Assembly: GCF_009914755.1 (NCBI RefSeq)
Contig: NC_060933.1
Origin: the human T2T-CHM13v2.0 reference genome, Homo sapiens
Length of the DNA: 64,000 bases
Strand: one strand, 5' to 3'
The notes beneath the pieces are model-generated. The model was not told where the DNA came from. It worked only from the letters and a program-made list of their open reading frames with translations, and searched no databases. Positions 40,880 through 55,805 of the stretch are shown piece by piece. The first letter of the stretch is position 1. The number at the start of each line of letters is the position of its first letter. Made by a program: the position numbers and the translations under genes.

Positions 40880-41243
40880 CGAAGAGACTTGTAATGAAGG
40901 GACTATCTACACAGGTATGGGCAGGGTTAAGGGATGCTGAGGCATGCAGAACTAACAACAAAGGAAGTGGCTACAACTCTAGGGGAGGCTATTTCCAGCT
41001 AGAACCTTGGAGTGAGTGGGTTAGGGACTGAGGAAAGCAAGTCTTAGAGGGATGCAGACACTGCCAGAGCTGTGCCAAAGGCAGGAGTGGAAATAGATGC
41101 CTTCCAATGGTGACTATAACAAGAAGCCAGAAGGCAGGAAAGACCAGTGATGTGCTTCATAAGTGCCAGCCTTCTGAGGCCCAAAACAAGACAAACAATG
41201 GCAAGAGAATGCAGCTGTAGGCAAATGGAGAATAGCCACTGCA
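40880..41243 (-). mobile_element. LTR33-like ERVL LTR fragment
   Basis: taatgaagggactatctacacaggtatgggcagggttaaggga...gaagccagaaggcaggaaagaccagtgatg...gcaaatggagaatagccactgca. Confidence 0.7.
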
Positions 41244-43742
41244 AAATTTAATATGCCTGTTTCTCATTTCTCTTCTTCGACACATATCATCAAGCTGTCA
41301 TGTGCAATGTCGTACACAATAACATATATAAAGAATTCTAATCTATGAATTAGAAAACCTGGTCTCGGTTGCTGGTATCACCTGCTTTGGGCCATGTTAC
41401 CTTAGAGGAGACACTTAGCCCCTCTGAGTCTCTGTAAAGATGGTGTTCTAACATCTGTCCATCTCCCCCATGATGTGTCTGCAAAGATCATTATCATTGC
41501 TATATAATAGGCATAGAACTATGAAGTTAATCACAATTCATTAACTTACAGAAAAAGCAAATGAAGCATAAGCATTTGTGTTTATGCCTCATGTTCAAAG
41601 TAATAATGCCTATGCCTCTGTATTTGAATTGTTTTCCAAGAAAACCATTTTCTAGTGTAGTTTTCCCTTCTTGCATCTACTTCCTTGTGAGTTATGTAAC
41701 CTGCAAATTACTGTAACTCGCAAGCCCACCATTTTCTCCCATTTGGGTAGATTGCTGAAAAGCATTGTACTTGTTTTGGCTGCTGTATCTCTTGGTTGCT
41801 CTGTTTTTCTTCCCCATTTGCATTTCTGCAGTCATTACTTTGTATAGCCGACTATGGTTCTTTGAATAGTCAGTAAATATGCAGCTGGTGAAAGGTAGGT
41901 AGAGTTAATGTAAACGTGGTTTTTATTTAAGTCTCCTTTTTAAAAAATATAGCATTCACTAGGATTCAAAAAAACTTAGAAATGAAAAAGAAGATTTTTA
42001 AAAAGAAAGACTAGGAGAAAGCACTGACAGGTTGAGATTTAATGGGATCTCAATTTCTCAGTTCTGGTATTTTTTTAAAAGGTGTAAAGAGGCCAGAAGC
42101 TTAGGCTTGGGTTGGTGGCATTGATAAAGTGTGGCTTTCTGATTGGCAGCAAACATTCAGAACATCTTTCTGCTTACAACTTCTCAGCATGAGTTGAGTA
42201 AATATTGGTTCACTGGCATTTTTGAGCAGTGGCAACTATCACAAAGAAGATCTCTTTACTGTAATGGGCACTTGTCAGACACAGAAAAAGAAAACAAGCA
42301 TCTCTTTAAATTTCCTATTGTGTTGTTACATCTCTGTCAGTGGTGGTTCCTATTATGTGTTACTTGAATCTGGTATTCAGTAACTAATGACATGAATACC
42401 AGATATCAGAATAACTCTGAGCTAAAAACACCCAATCTTTGCAAAGACACACCACTCAGCAGAAAGGGTCCTGTGCAAAATTCCACTTATTCACAAATTT
42501 ATACAAATAAAATTACTGTTTGAGAATTGCTAGAGAGAACCAACAGGTGGATTTCTAACTGTTTCTTCTTTGGTTTAACATCTAGTAACTTTGAGTAGGA
42601 GAACAATGAATCTTTGAGACATATTCACTTCAAAATCAATATGTTGAGTAACATCACATAAATGATGAGTTTCGTCACTGTTCATTGCCAGCTCTCATTT
42701 TTGCTGGCAAATATCAGCATCAAAATTTTCATAAGCATTCTGTACCTTAGAGATCAAAGTGGTTTTGTTTACTTTTAATTTGATAAGTAGACGTGTGACC
42801 CCTAAGTAGTTAAATTTATCAATTGTGAAGTTAAGATGAAAATTATTTATCTTTACATTTATTCAAAAAGTGAAATGTAAAAACTTGTCTTAATATCTTA
42901 GACCATGCCTTTCCCTAAAAAGCATCTTCTTTTTCATACATTTTTATTTAAGCTTTTCTGCTTGTGTGTTGGCAAAATAAATCTTTTTCAGGTTATATGT
43001 GATTATCCTACAGATATGCTGTTGAGTGAGATCTCCTACTTTCATCATCTATACTTAGACTTAAGTCAGAGTCCCCTTCATGTCTCTTACATGAATATCA
43101 GAATTGCCTAATTCGAATTAAAACTTCCCTGATTAATGACAAGTGCTCTTTGAACAAGATGTTCTGATGATCTCCAATCCTAAAATTCCTCATTCAATGG
43201 GTTGTGTAAAAATACTTCATACATTTCAGTATTGCTCTCAGGCACTGATGAAGTATTAATATGGGTGAAAAAGACCATAGTCATCAATGTATGTGCTACT
43301 TATTGAGGGCAATGGTAAATCTGCTTCCTTCCTCTGCTGTCCTTTACCAACCCCTGTCACCTCAAACGATGAAAGGAAGAGTGAGGAAATGATAAAATCC
43401 AAGACCAGGGAAATCCATTAGCCCAAATATGCTCTCCATTATTGCCTTTCATCAAAAGCTTTTACAGCAATTCATTTTTTTCTGGCTCTATGAAATCTAA
43501 ACTTTTTAAGTTAGAATCTCAAAGTCATTCTGCTTCATAGAGTTGTTGGGAAGATACTAGATAATGCATATACATTTCTTCTCATGTTTTGAGAACATAT
43601 TATTTATGTTATTTTCTATTATTTTGTTAGTTGTATTAGTTGTATTATTCTGTCTCTACTACTATCAACAGTTTTGTGTTTCCACAGTGGTTCTTTACAT
43701 CTTCTTCTCCAAATCTTCATCTTTTATAAAATAAGCCCTTCC

Positions 43743-44047
43743 GGCCGGGCACAGTGGCTCACACCTGTAATCCCAAGACTTTGGGAAGCCGAGGTGGGTG
43801 GATCACCTGTGGTCAGGAGTTCGAGACTAGCCTGGCCAACATGGTGAAACCCCGTCTCTACTAAAAACACAAAAATTAGCTGGGTGTGGTGGCATGCACC
43901 TGTAGTCCCAGGTACTCGCAAGAGTGAGGCAAAAGAATCACTTGAATCCAGGAGGTGGAGGTTGCAGTGAGCTGAGATGGTGCCACTGCGCTCCAACCTG
44001 GAAACAGGGCGAGATTCCATCTCAAAAAAATAAATAAATAAAATAAA
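43743..44047 (+). mobile_element. Full-length AluS (Sx/Sz-like)
   Basis: ggccgggcacagtggctcacacctgtaatccc...(taaa)n tail. Confidence 0.97.
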
Positions 44048-44260
44048 GAAGCAGGGTAAGATATAAGGCTGATAGCCCCAAATAAATCAGAGATGTCATT
44101 AGTATTTCAGTTATTCAGCCATACTGACGTTGTCATTTGTTTATGTGACTTTTCTTTCTATGTAGGAACCTAAAATAACCCAGAAGTTTCTGTGGGTTTT
44201 GGTTTTCCAAAAGCTGTTGCTTGCCTACCTCATTTGGGGCAACAAATGCCCACCCCACCC

Positions 44261-44630
<370 letters not shown>

Positions 44631-45641
44631 TGACACAAGACAACATTGAATTGAACCTTCACATTTTCTTCTTGGTTGCTGAGCTCACATAACCAAGATA
44701 GGGAAAGGGATAGGAATTCAGAGTAGGTAATGGCAAGGACAGAAAAGTCAAGTTCCCCAATGTCACAGCTCTCAGAAACAGGAACATGATAAATGTAGGG
44801 GGAAATGAGGGTCTCCACTGAAACCATAGTTGTAATAGATCCTATGGTTTAATAGAAACCATAGTTTTAACAGGATCTATTAAATTGAATTTAATTCAGC
44901 ACCACAGTCTCCCCTCATTCTGAGACTTTGTTCCCACTCGTAAGGAAAATGGTACCACTTATGAAAGATAAAGACTCAGCAGTCCCATTTTCAAAACTCT
45001 GAAGTATTCCTCTCTCTGAGCGAGTGGTTCCTTTCATTCGAAGGCATTGCATGTATGTGTGCTTTCTTTGGAATGGAAGTGCCATGAAAGAAAACACATT
45101 TTGACGAATTCCAGAGGAAGCATCAAGAACTGCCAGGTGACTTGTCATAGAGCTTTCAAGCCTAGTGTCATTTTATTTTTACAACCCAGGGTTTTAGCAA
45201 CTCAAGAGGCTTTATATGTGTTCATTAACCGCAAATCTGTAATTTAAATGGACAAATTATCCTGGTTAATAATCTAACACATCATTCCCAATTCTTCCTG
45301 CTGTCAATATTCGAAACAGAGCTCAATATTCCAAATTTTTATAACACCTTTCACATGTTAAGTGGGTACAGTTTTGACACACAAGACAAAATAAAATAAA
45401 ATTCCGTACTGGACAACACTCACAAAAGCTGCTTGATTCAGGTGAAAAGTATTTTGCTTCCATATTGGCCTAGAGCATCTATTTATGTATTTTTTTTTTT
45501 GAAAATAGAAACTCAAAAAAATTATTGTGATTTTTTTAGGTCATTATATAAGGGATAGAGAGAGGTCACCTAAAATGATGAAAATTAGCACAATAAATAT
45601 GACTGTGAGAGCAGCAATCAATTCTTTTCTTAAGAAAATTA

Positions 45642-46010
<369 letters not shown>

Positions 46011-49000
46011 CTAGAGTGAAATGAACATTTAAAATCTAAACCTAAAATCATATTTATAAGTATAAATGTATATTAAAATATTTGCAGTTTCCTCAAGATA
46101 TTTATAGTGTCACAGTTCTAAAGTTATGAAAATCTTTCATCTTTTATCAAATATTAAAAATCATACACTCAAAAAAGCCCTTATTAGAAGAACTCTTCTT
46201 CTAAGAAAACATAATATGTTTAGCTAGAAACGTTAGTATGAATGTACCAATGTTAAGGTTTTTGTTAGCTGAACAGGTTGTTGCTAGGATAAATATAAAC
46301 CATTGATATATTATAGTGTAAATAACCATATATGAATGTACTTCAGTCACCAGACACAAATGAAAAAAATTCTTAATAGATCATTATAAAATGGAATTGT
46401 TATTATTGTTATGCAAGTCCAAATTGGGAGGTCATTAATTAATACAATGGTATATCTGTCATTATTTCAAGCTTTATCTTATAAAGCTTGTGTTTATTTT
46501 TCTTAGTTTTTATGAATACATGAGATGCTTTTTTTAACTCTGCTGTTAAGAAGACTGTACTCAAAGACATTGGGAATGTAAATATATATTAAAGTATATA
46601 GTGTATAGTGTAGCCATAGGCAGGTTTATTTATAAATGTCAATGCTATTTTGTTGTGAAAGTTCATTATGATGACAGTTTTAAAAGTAGGGCCAATTCAA
46701 GAGTGTTTATTACATACCAAAAAAAGGAAAAAATATTTACCTTGTATTTTTTGATGTCTGGGGATAAGATTAATTTATAAATCGATGTGTTGCATTGAAA
46801 TAGCAAATGTAAAAACCAGTCACAAATACTAGCCTTAAAGGTAGAATGTGTGCTGTTTTTATAAGGCCCTGCTCATCATTGAAACCAGGTGACTTTAAAA
46901 ATAATCTACAAAATTAAAAAATTTGAAATTTGGTTTAAAATTTTAAAATACCTCAGAAAAACAATAAAAAGGAAATTATATACTGCATTTGTCACAAATC
47001 TGACAACTCTAATACAAATATGCATTTCTCTTTCTTTGACTGTATATAAATAAGGCCAAATATCTAGCTTGTTAAATTAAAGATTCACCTGTATGTTTTC
47101 TCCACCAAATATTTGGAAACTCTTGAAATTTTTATTCGATTTTTTTAGATCTCACTAAGGTTTTTGATTAAGATCTTTTTTATTTTCTCCTCCCCTCCTA
47201 TGTTCCTTTAAAAATAACAGCATATCCATTTTAACAATATAAAACTTCAGTTGATATTTTTTAGAGCTAGTAAAATTGCCAATCTTATAATACTAAAATT
47301 CTTCCTTCTTCAGAAATCTTCTTTGGAGTGAATAGAGAATAATCCACAAAATAAATTTAATTCCTTAGAAGTTTGTTATTTTTAATGGAAGGATGTTTTC
47401 CATAAGCATTCTTCAAATAGCTTTGCTCCATACCTTCTCACTTTTTAATATTTGTATCATTACGTGTATCAATTTATTTATAAATTAATTGAATTCTGCA
47501 TACAGGCATATATGTGCTGAATGTGTAAATGAATATGTATTTGTCATCTTTAATGTATTTGAATTTGGCTGATGCACCCATAAAAAAAGCCTCCAGCATA
47601 TTTGCATAATTAAGCATAATATTATGATAAACCATTTCAAGGGAAAAAGTTGGTCTTACAATCACAATATGTTTATTTTTTTAACCTTGTAAATTCAGAA
47701 TACATTTGTGGGAAGAACTGGAGATAGAAAAGATCGGCTTTACCTTCATGAAAAGAGGTCAAATGTTACTTTAATTAATCTTGTGTTATGCCAAAAAGAG
47801 TATTTATATAACACATAAATATTAAGCATGGCTGGTACAATTTTAGGGGAGCAAGAGTATTCTATTCCTTCTAGCTTTCACATAAGAAAAGAATTCTAGA
47901 AGAATTCTTGATTAAGACTCAAGTGTGCTACAGCTTATGAATTTGTGTGTGCACACACGTGTGTGTGTATGAATGTGTCTCACCACAGAGCCTGAAAAAT
48001 AGTGTTCAATACATGCCGTTTGATTAATTCTTACTATACCTCCGAGTTATATCATCAGAACATATGTGAAGGTGACTAAGCAAATGGATCTTTTAAAAGG
48101 ATATTACTTTTACATTTTATTATTAATATTTTTTAAAGTAAACCTCAAAAATTGTAAATTCTGGGAATCACACTATTGTTGTGAATTAATAATAAATAAT
48201 ATAATTAATTATATTATAATTAAATGATTGCTAGTTTTATAGATAGAAAATTCATGAACAAAATAGAAAATAATTTAACCTATGGAGAAATGTGTGCATT
48301 AAAGTTTCATCCCAAGGCTAAGTCAGTACTGTAGTTATTGGTGACATCGTGTGGTTGATGCTGGTATCGACAGCAGAGTCAGAGCATTTCCTAAAAATTG
48401 GTTAAATTACTATAAGCAAAATTAAAGTCTTAAAATGCACATTGTCTCGATTAAATTTGAAACAAAAAATTTCACCTAAACCATGACTAAATCATTCATC
48501 CCTCAAATTCTAGACCTCTTTTAGAATATTGTGGTATGCAGACACATGAAAATTGATGCATTACAATAGTACACAGCAGAGAGTACTCCGGAGCAGTATT
48601 TTTCACTACAGCACTTGCTACTTTCCTTTAAAAAAAAAAAAAAAACACAGTTTTAATTACTAGAGTTGGGGAACAGTTGTTCTCTCCAAAAAAAGGGTAG
48701 AATTCTCTATTCACTGTCTCACATTTTTACTTGAAAAAGTTATCGTTGTTAAAAGAATTTTAAAAACTTAATTTGCATCCTATTTTTATTTAAATTACCT
48801 CTGATATTTTAACCAAATATTATCACTGCTGGAGAGCACCTAATATTACTCAATATTATTTTTTTCGTAATAGTAAAAGGTGAACTAATTTTGTTTTAAA
48901 CTTTGAGGTTAATTTTTTAAATGAGAGTTCTGGTTTTTAATATGGTAACTTTGACCTCCACAATGTCATGCTCCTATAGTTTGACAAAATAGGAGGTTGC

Positions 49001-52000
49001 AGATGTTAAATATAGCCCTGTTCTCGTAGAGGAAAGGCAAGGTTGCAAGGCAGGATTTCCAGCACAGATTGTAGTAAATGCTTTCTGAGCCATCTTCCTC
49101 ACACAAAGAAGCGGTGATAATTCCTTCCGTGGACATTCCCAGTCGGTGCACATCTCTGCACCTCCCCCGCCCTCCTGAGGCTCTTACCTGGTTTCTGCAT
49201 AACATCATATTGCATAGTGCAGAGACCCCTGGGGAACTTTCTTTCTCTACCTGGGGAAGGCCTTCTAAACTCTAACATAGCACCACCTGAGATATTAATT
49301 TGCGACTCTTGCTAGGGTTTAGTGAAAGCTAATTCCCTAGAGTAACTATTATTGTACCATGCGATACTGAATGAAAAGCTCCATCGTTCTGTCTCTTTTT
49401 AAAATTCAGACTGCTAAATTCAACGGGATAGGGAAGCATAGATAACATTTATTAATATAGACAATTTTCACTGGTTTTAAAGGAAGATGGTTATGATGGG
49501 TACTGATATGAAAAAAAATATTATGGTCAGTTATGTCTCAAGACCAAAGTCACAGGAAATATAATCCTTATTTGACTATGAACATGTCCCAAAGAAAGCA
49601 CAGGTATGAAGTCTTTTTCCTGAGCTTAGATGACTGAGGAAATCTGGGGTTACCTGGCACTGCATGCAAGCTATTTTTGGAGAGAGCCAAGATCTGCCTC
49701 TCATCAAGAAAGATGCCCCACCATGATAGCTGGTTATTGAACTGGTAGCATTGACAATTGATGAGGTGATGTTATCACCTTTGAAGTGCGGGTCACAGGA
49801 GGGAAAAAGGGTGCTCTTGAGGGTAATGAGATACAAAACCAGCAGAATCACACTGCCATTGCCCAGAGCTAAATTAAAACCGGTAAGGAGAACCCCTTGG
49901 AATATTTTTTCTTTCTACACTTGGGGCCAGTCTTGGGATTAATTAGCTAAATTCAGCTGAAATCCCTGTTTTCCTCAGTAGGTTTCACTTAATTACTTTA
50001 TATGTTTCCTCATCCAGGTGTAACATGACAATATAAGTTAAAACAATTCCCAGTAGTACCACCTTGTGAAAGATATTCCCAATTTTCCCTTCGTGTGTGG
50101 CACAAAGGGTAAGAATGTGAGGAAATTGCATATCGAACAACTGTTCCAAAATTAGCAAATTGTAGCTGAATTTGAGACGGTAATTTTCACTCTTCAGAAT
50201 CTTTTAATTGTAGATCACAAAAATCTTATCTTCTTTGTATTAAACTATTTTGGTAATTCGGTCAGGTGCCCATTTTCCCAATCTACTAAGTATATAACTT
50301 GAGGTAAAAGTAACAAAAGTTTCACACATACTTCAATTACTGAAGACTAGACAGTTTTCAAACGTGTTTTTTTCCACATCTTAACTCCATGGACCTCACT
50401 TTTTTGAACAAAGTATGTGGTGCCATTTTGGACATTTAATTAACTGGCACATCTTGTAAAGAATTCACACATGATCTGTAGCTGTTTTGAGGGGGTTGCA
50501 CATCAGATATCAATGAGGGGCCAATCAGCCACTTGTGCATGTCATTTGTACAAGTGTGTTTTCCCATTCAATTTTGGCTCCACTCTAAATGACAACGTCA
50601 GTGCTTGAATTTTTTCCACAGAAGGCCAGGAAGCACTGCATTCCCTAAGCTTGATGTGACAACCTTCAACCAAAGGCTGAGCTTTTGTTATTAAAAAAAA
50701 AAAAAAAAAAAACTGGGCCTAATGATTGCAGCAAACAGCGTTGGGATTTTATTGATGTACTCTATGTGACTGTGACAGTGTTGACATGAAATCAAATTCA
50801 ATTAGCAGGGGCTTGCTAATGACTTACACTGCTTCAAAAACTCACAAGGACAAAGCACTTGGCCAGAAATCTCCCGGCTACTGTCTGGTTTCCAACTCCT
50901 TTTGGTTGCTTCTCAGAGCAATAACCAACTGCCAGATTGTCTCCATAGATTAATGTTAAAGAACTTCATTAATGAAACTCTTGACAACATCTGTGTGTGA
51001 TGAGAGGGAAAGGGTAGGGAAGGGAGACGGAATTTCTGTCCTCAGGTGCTCTTGAAGCAATTTCTAAAACCACTGTGGAGCACATCGAAAGAAACAGCAA
51101 CTGTGTCTCTGGAGGATAACTTGGCTGGACAGGGTATCAAAGCTGCAAGGGGAAATAAGGTCTGTGGTCAGGATAGGGTTTCAGTAAGGCTAGAGACACC
51201 CTCTCGGAATGCGTGGGAGGCCAGGCCATTATCTGAGCAGTATTTTAAAGGAACAGAGGCGCCATTATGATGCCTGCATCAACCCAGCAAGATGAAGATG
51301 ATGTCCGTTCTAGATTTCCACAGCTTTTATTGACGGCCTCCTCATTGTGTCTTTCCTGATTGTCTGGCAGTCTCATTATCATACCCACTCCTTCCCCTGA
51401 AAAGGAGCAGGAACAGCTTTGACTCACACATACAACTCCCACTACCTGATTAGCAAACAGATCCAGCCCTGAGTCAGTTTCAGGGGTCCTCCGTAAATAC
51501 AATGTCAAGTAAATAAAGTATGATCTTAATTGACAGAAAGTTTACGAGGGGAAATAAGCCAGTATTCTGCTGTGTTGTTATATCACTTTAACACTTCAAG
51601 ATGGTTTACTTCAATGTTTATCCTCAAATTACCTTCTCCATTTTACCTCACAGATATTTTCCCTTAATATTTCTTTCTTTATTAATTTAAATATGCTGTT
51701 AACAACAATTGCATAAATAGTAGCATTAAGGAGCTCTAAAAAATAAATAAATAAAGCATGGAATCTGGTAAAAACATGGCTATTTGTGTGTCTTTAGGCC
51801 TTCACCACCATCCACATTATAGTGCAACCAGATTATTGTAAAACAACAAAACCTCAGAGTCAGAATTGGGCACAGACTCCAACCTTTTGGGATCTCCCGT
51901 AACTTGTAGGTAAATTGACCATGTAACCCTGCAACCTGAAAACATCATTAAAAAGCCATAAACTAGTCATACGATTGAGAATCCAAGCCACTAGTGATAT

Positions 52001-53029
52001 GATTTTCACAAGCAAGAAGAAATCTTAAAATTCTAGTGACTTCTGAGATTATAAAGAAAGAGGAAAAGACAGAAAGCAACACCTCAGGAAGGAGTTTTAA
52101 CACGAAGGAGAGCCTCTTCCTATCGTCAGTCCCAATCACACTGCTCAGTGGTAAGCTAAGCTTATATGGGACTGAAACTTAGCACTGATGGGGGCCAAAA
52201 GAGTATTGCATACCAGGAATATAGAAGTAAATAACTATAAGAAATTGAAGTTACATAAAGTGTGTCCTAAACCCTTGAAAAACTGCTTGAGCCATGTTAA
52301 CAATGAGTACGGACACCTTAAATACCTGGACTGATACAAAAAAGGTAGACTGTGCCTCTCTCAGTAACAACTGCAAGACTATCGTTTTATGCCCAGACGT
52401 GTAACAAATCACATTGTTTACTCTTTAAAATTACCCGGTATTACTCTTCTCATTTTACAAACAAGGAAACTGAGTCTCAACCTCCTTGATGGCTCCAGAA
52501 TTGCTCAGGAAAATGTCCACTCGTTGGAGACAGTCCCAGGACAAAGGGAAGATGGAGGACCTGCAGGGCTTTGCATTTGCTTAGCAGTCACCCTCTTTTC
52601 ACCCAAGTCGATTGTTTATTTGACATGACTTAACACTGCCATTCTCTTCACCTGAGCACTTCAGAAACTTTTCTGAAGCCCCCTGAGCAGTACAGGAAGT
52701 GGTAGAGCGAGAATGATTTGTATTCACCTGCCTGACAGGAAAGCCTGTGTTTTTATGGATCACCTGCAAAACTTTCTAACTTTCATTTACTATTATTATC
52801 TTCCAGGACAAATGGATATGCCTGGACACTCACCAAGAAATAGGCTAATTATTTCAAAAGGCCCAATTGTTAAAAAAAATCTGACTACTAGAGCTCACAA
52901 GGCAGTTGACACAGAAAAATGTTGTTCAGTTTCCTGTATAAGTTAGAGATCTGCCTCCTAAAATCTTGCATAGATTAAAAGTCAGAAGAGGGAGGGATAA
53001 AAAGCAGTCTCCTTATACAGTGGTACAGG

Positions 53030-53160
53030 GAATATTAGACCCCACAGAGTAGGAAGGACAAATCAGACACAATATTATGAAGATCAAATGAGATAATGCA
53101 TGTAAAAGCACTTTGTAAATGAAAAAGCCCTGTGAAATGTGAGCTGGTGTTATTATTAAT
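53030..53160 (+). mobile_element. MIR 3' fragment
   Basis: attatgaagatcaaatgagataatgcatgtaaaagcactttgtaaa. Confidence 0.7.
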
Positions 53161-54017
53161 ATTATCACGCAGGATTTCTTTGCCTCCTTCTTAATAAAAT
53201 AATGGTCTTCTTCAAGGTCCCTCGAAGCCAAACCAAAGGAGTGTGTTTCCAGAGAAATGAAAAGTAAAGGTAATTGTGGATGTTCAATAAATATTAAACA
53301 GCCTCGCTGTTTGTGGGAAGCTTCAAGTACATGATTAAGTTGCAGGTGATAGTAAAGGAAACCAGCATGATCTTTAATTATAAAATACTTGTTAGGTTTG
53401 ATTCCAGTAAAATGCAATTACCTTGAGACTTCTGGTAATATCTCACAAGAGGCTATGTTCTCAAGATGAAAGCTTTTGTGGATGCATGTTAGACTCCATT
53501 GTTTGGGACCATGTACACCCATCCTGGCTCCTGTCTGTAACAGCTAATCACCATTAACTGGACGAGCCTTGCAGGAATTCCCAGTTGTATGCCAGCCATT
53601 CTGTGGCCTGCCTTGAAGTATGGAAACATCACAGAAGTGGGAATAAGGGCAACAGTGGCAGACCACAGCATTAGCTAGGCTTAGGGAGAAAGAGATTTGA
53701 AGGGAATTCAAGATTTCATAGGGGACAAAAGAGGGCCCAGTAGGAGGGAGAAAATGGAATTGTCCTTGTACATGTCACGATGATTATAATGCAAACAATT
53801 TTTTTTAAGACTAGCAGGGAAACCTCTGGATTTCATTTTGGAAAAGTATCCATCAATCTGTATAGCTTCATTTTAAAATGAAATTTTTAATCAGTGTATA
53901 TTTTTTGAACCCGCCTGGGAAAGCAATTGGTGGGCTTAGAAAATGTTATTTTGAAAGCCTTTTTTAGTTTCGTGCTGGTAGGGTTCCAAAAGCCTTTTTT
54001 AAAGAACATTCTTATAT

Positions 54018-54240
54018 AATAATGATAGCTAACACTTAACTAGTGGGTACTACATGCCATGTACCGGCAAGTGCTTTATGTATGTTAACTCTGTCAATAC
54101 TCATAATGAACCCATGGGGAAACCGTGGCAGTAATGCTCATTCATTTGTCTACAGTCACACAGCCTGTAAGAGGAGAATCCAGTTTTCATGTCCAGGCAG
54201 TCTGGATGCAGAAATAATGCTCTACCCCGTCAACATTGCC
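54018..54240 (-). mobile_element. MIR SINE
   Basis: aataatgatagctaacactta...ccatgtaccggcaagtgctttatg...ccaggcagtctggatgcaga. Confidence 0.7.
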
Positions 54241-54864
54241 TCCAAGGCCAGTGCTCTAGAGGTTTCAAGTGTATGTAGGTTACAAGAAAGACTGCATGTG
54301 TGTGTCTATGTATTCTGCTGAAGGGAGATGCTTAAGATGAAAATGTTTACCCATTAAAAACTATGTTGCTTATCTTCTTACACACTGAAGCAATTGAATT
54401 TTGCTGGGTTTTTTTTCTCTCTATGTTCATCAGTTTCTTCTTGTACAATCAGTTCTATGAATTGGACTTAGTTTCTTCACTAATGTCAAAATCGTTCTGT
54501 AAAAGAGTCCTATCCTCCTTTTAAGAATGATCTTGGTGTCTTTCCTTTGGCTTCCAAATTATTACTACTTTAAATTATAGTCAAGGGCTTTAATGCAGGG
54601 TTACCATGATTCTACTTTTAGGCATCTACTTAGTTTCCTTTGCTCTTCCTCACCCTAAATTTGCTCTAGGGAGCACTGTCAGGCGTCACAGTACATGACT
54701 CTTCAAATGGAAAGTACCTGTCAGTAAGCAAAATAGTGTGTATATTTCTATTTGGAAGAAACTGTGAGCTATGGGCATGCAATTGCAAGGTGAATGATAG
54801 ATGGCTCCAAAACCAAGAGCAAAACACTTCCTGAGAGAAAGTTAGCAGAAGGTGACACCCATTA

Positions 54865-55075
54865 TGGATGCAAAGTGAAATGGGGCAGAGACACCAAAAC
54901 CAAATAAGCGGGTTTGCCCCAGCTCTTTTACTTTCCAGTTATTTAGCCTCACTGATCCTCAGATTCCCACCCTATAAAATGGAGGCAAAAACATTGGCTC
55001 TGTAGGTTTATTATGAGAAATAAATGAAAACCTGTATAAAATGCCTGACACACTGACAGATGAGTTATGGTGCCA
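54865..55075 (+). mobile_element. MIR SINE
   Basis: agttatttagcctcactgatcctcagattcccacctataaaatggagg...ttattatgagaaataaatga. Confidence 0.75.
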
Positions 55076-55184
55076 AGTAGTAATTGCTTTTGTTCAATTT
55101 GGTTTCTTAACTAAAAGGAACCTTGTGACCCTCCTTGAGACTGTCTCCACAGTTCTCGGGCCCCAACTCAAAGAATCCTAAGTA

Positions 55185-55385
55185 TTAGCAGAACTGAAAG
55201 AAATCTCAAAATATTATGTAGCCTAACTGGATAAAGTATTAATCCCTACCCACCCTCCCATTTTACAGATCAGGAAACTGAGGACCTGAGAAGGTAAGTG
55301 GCTTGCTCAAGGTCATACAGGAGCAAATGAGGAAGATAAACTTGGGACTAAACACTGCCTCCTTATTGGGCATTTTTCACTATGC
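55185..55385 (-). mobile_element. MIR (MIR3/MIRc-like)
   Basis: cccattttacagatcaggaaactgaggacctgagaaggtaagtggcttgctcaaggtcatacag. Confidence 0.85.
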
Positions 55386-55704
55386 TTGCTGTTTTTCTTT
55401 GTACTAAAAGTCTTAGGACAGTAGGGGTCATCCCAGAGCAATCCTCTCTAAATTTTTAGTGTTTCCAATCACCAAGATCATATGATAAAAACAGGGGTCT
55501 AGAAAGGGGACAAGATACTGATTATATTAGGTCGTTAATGGCTCATGTGAGAAAGAAAGCAGTAAATGTTTATTGAGAGCATTATGAAGATCCAAACTGA
55601 ACATCTTTCTAGAGATGGTCCTATTGCCACATTATTTGGTTGAGTAAAGTATGTTTAGGTTTAGGGAATGAAGGACTTTGGGAAGTCAAAGACAACCGTG
55701 TAAA

Positions 55705-55805
55705 AACACCAATGACATGCAATTTACCCATGTAACAAACCTGCACATGTACCTTCTGAACCTAAAATTAAAAATGGAAGACAAAAAATTAATAAAATTT
55801 AAAAA
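55705..55805 (+). mobile_element. L1PA13-16-type extreme 3' end
   Basis: atgacatgcaatttacccatgtaacaaacctgcacatgtaccttctgaacctaaaa plus A-rich tail; flanking aaagacRacc possible TSD. Confidence 0.85.
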
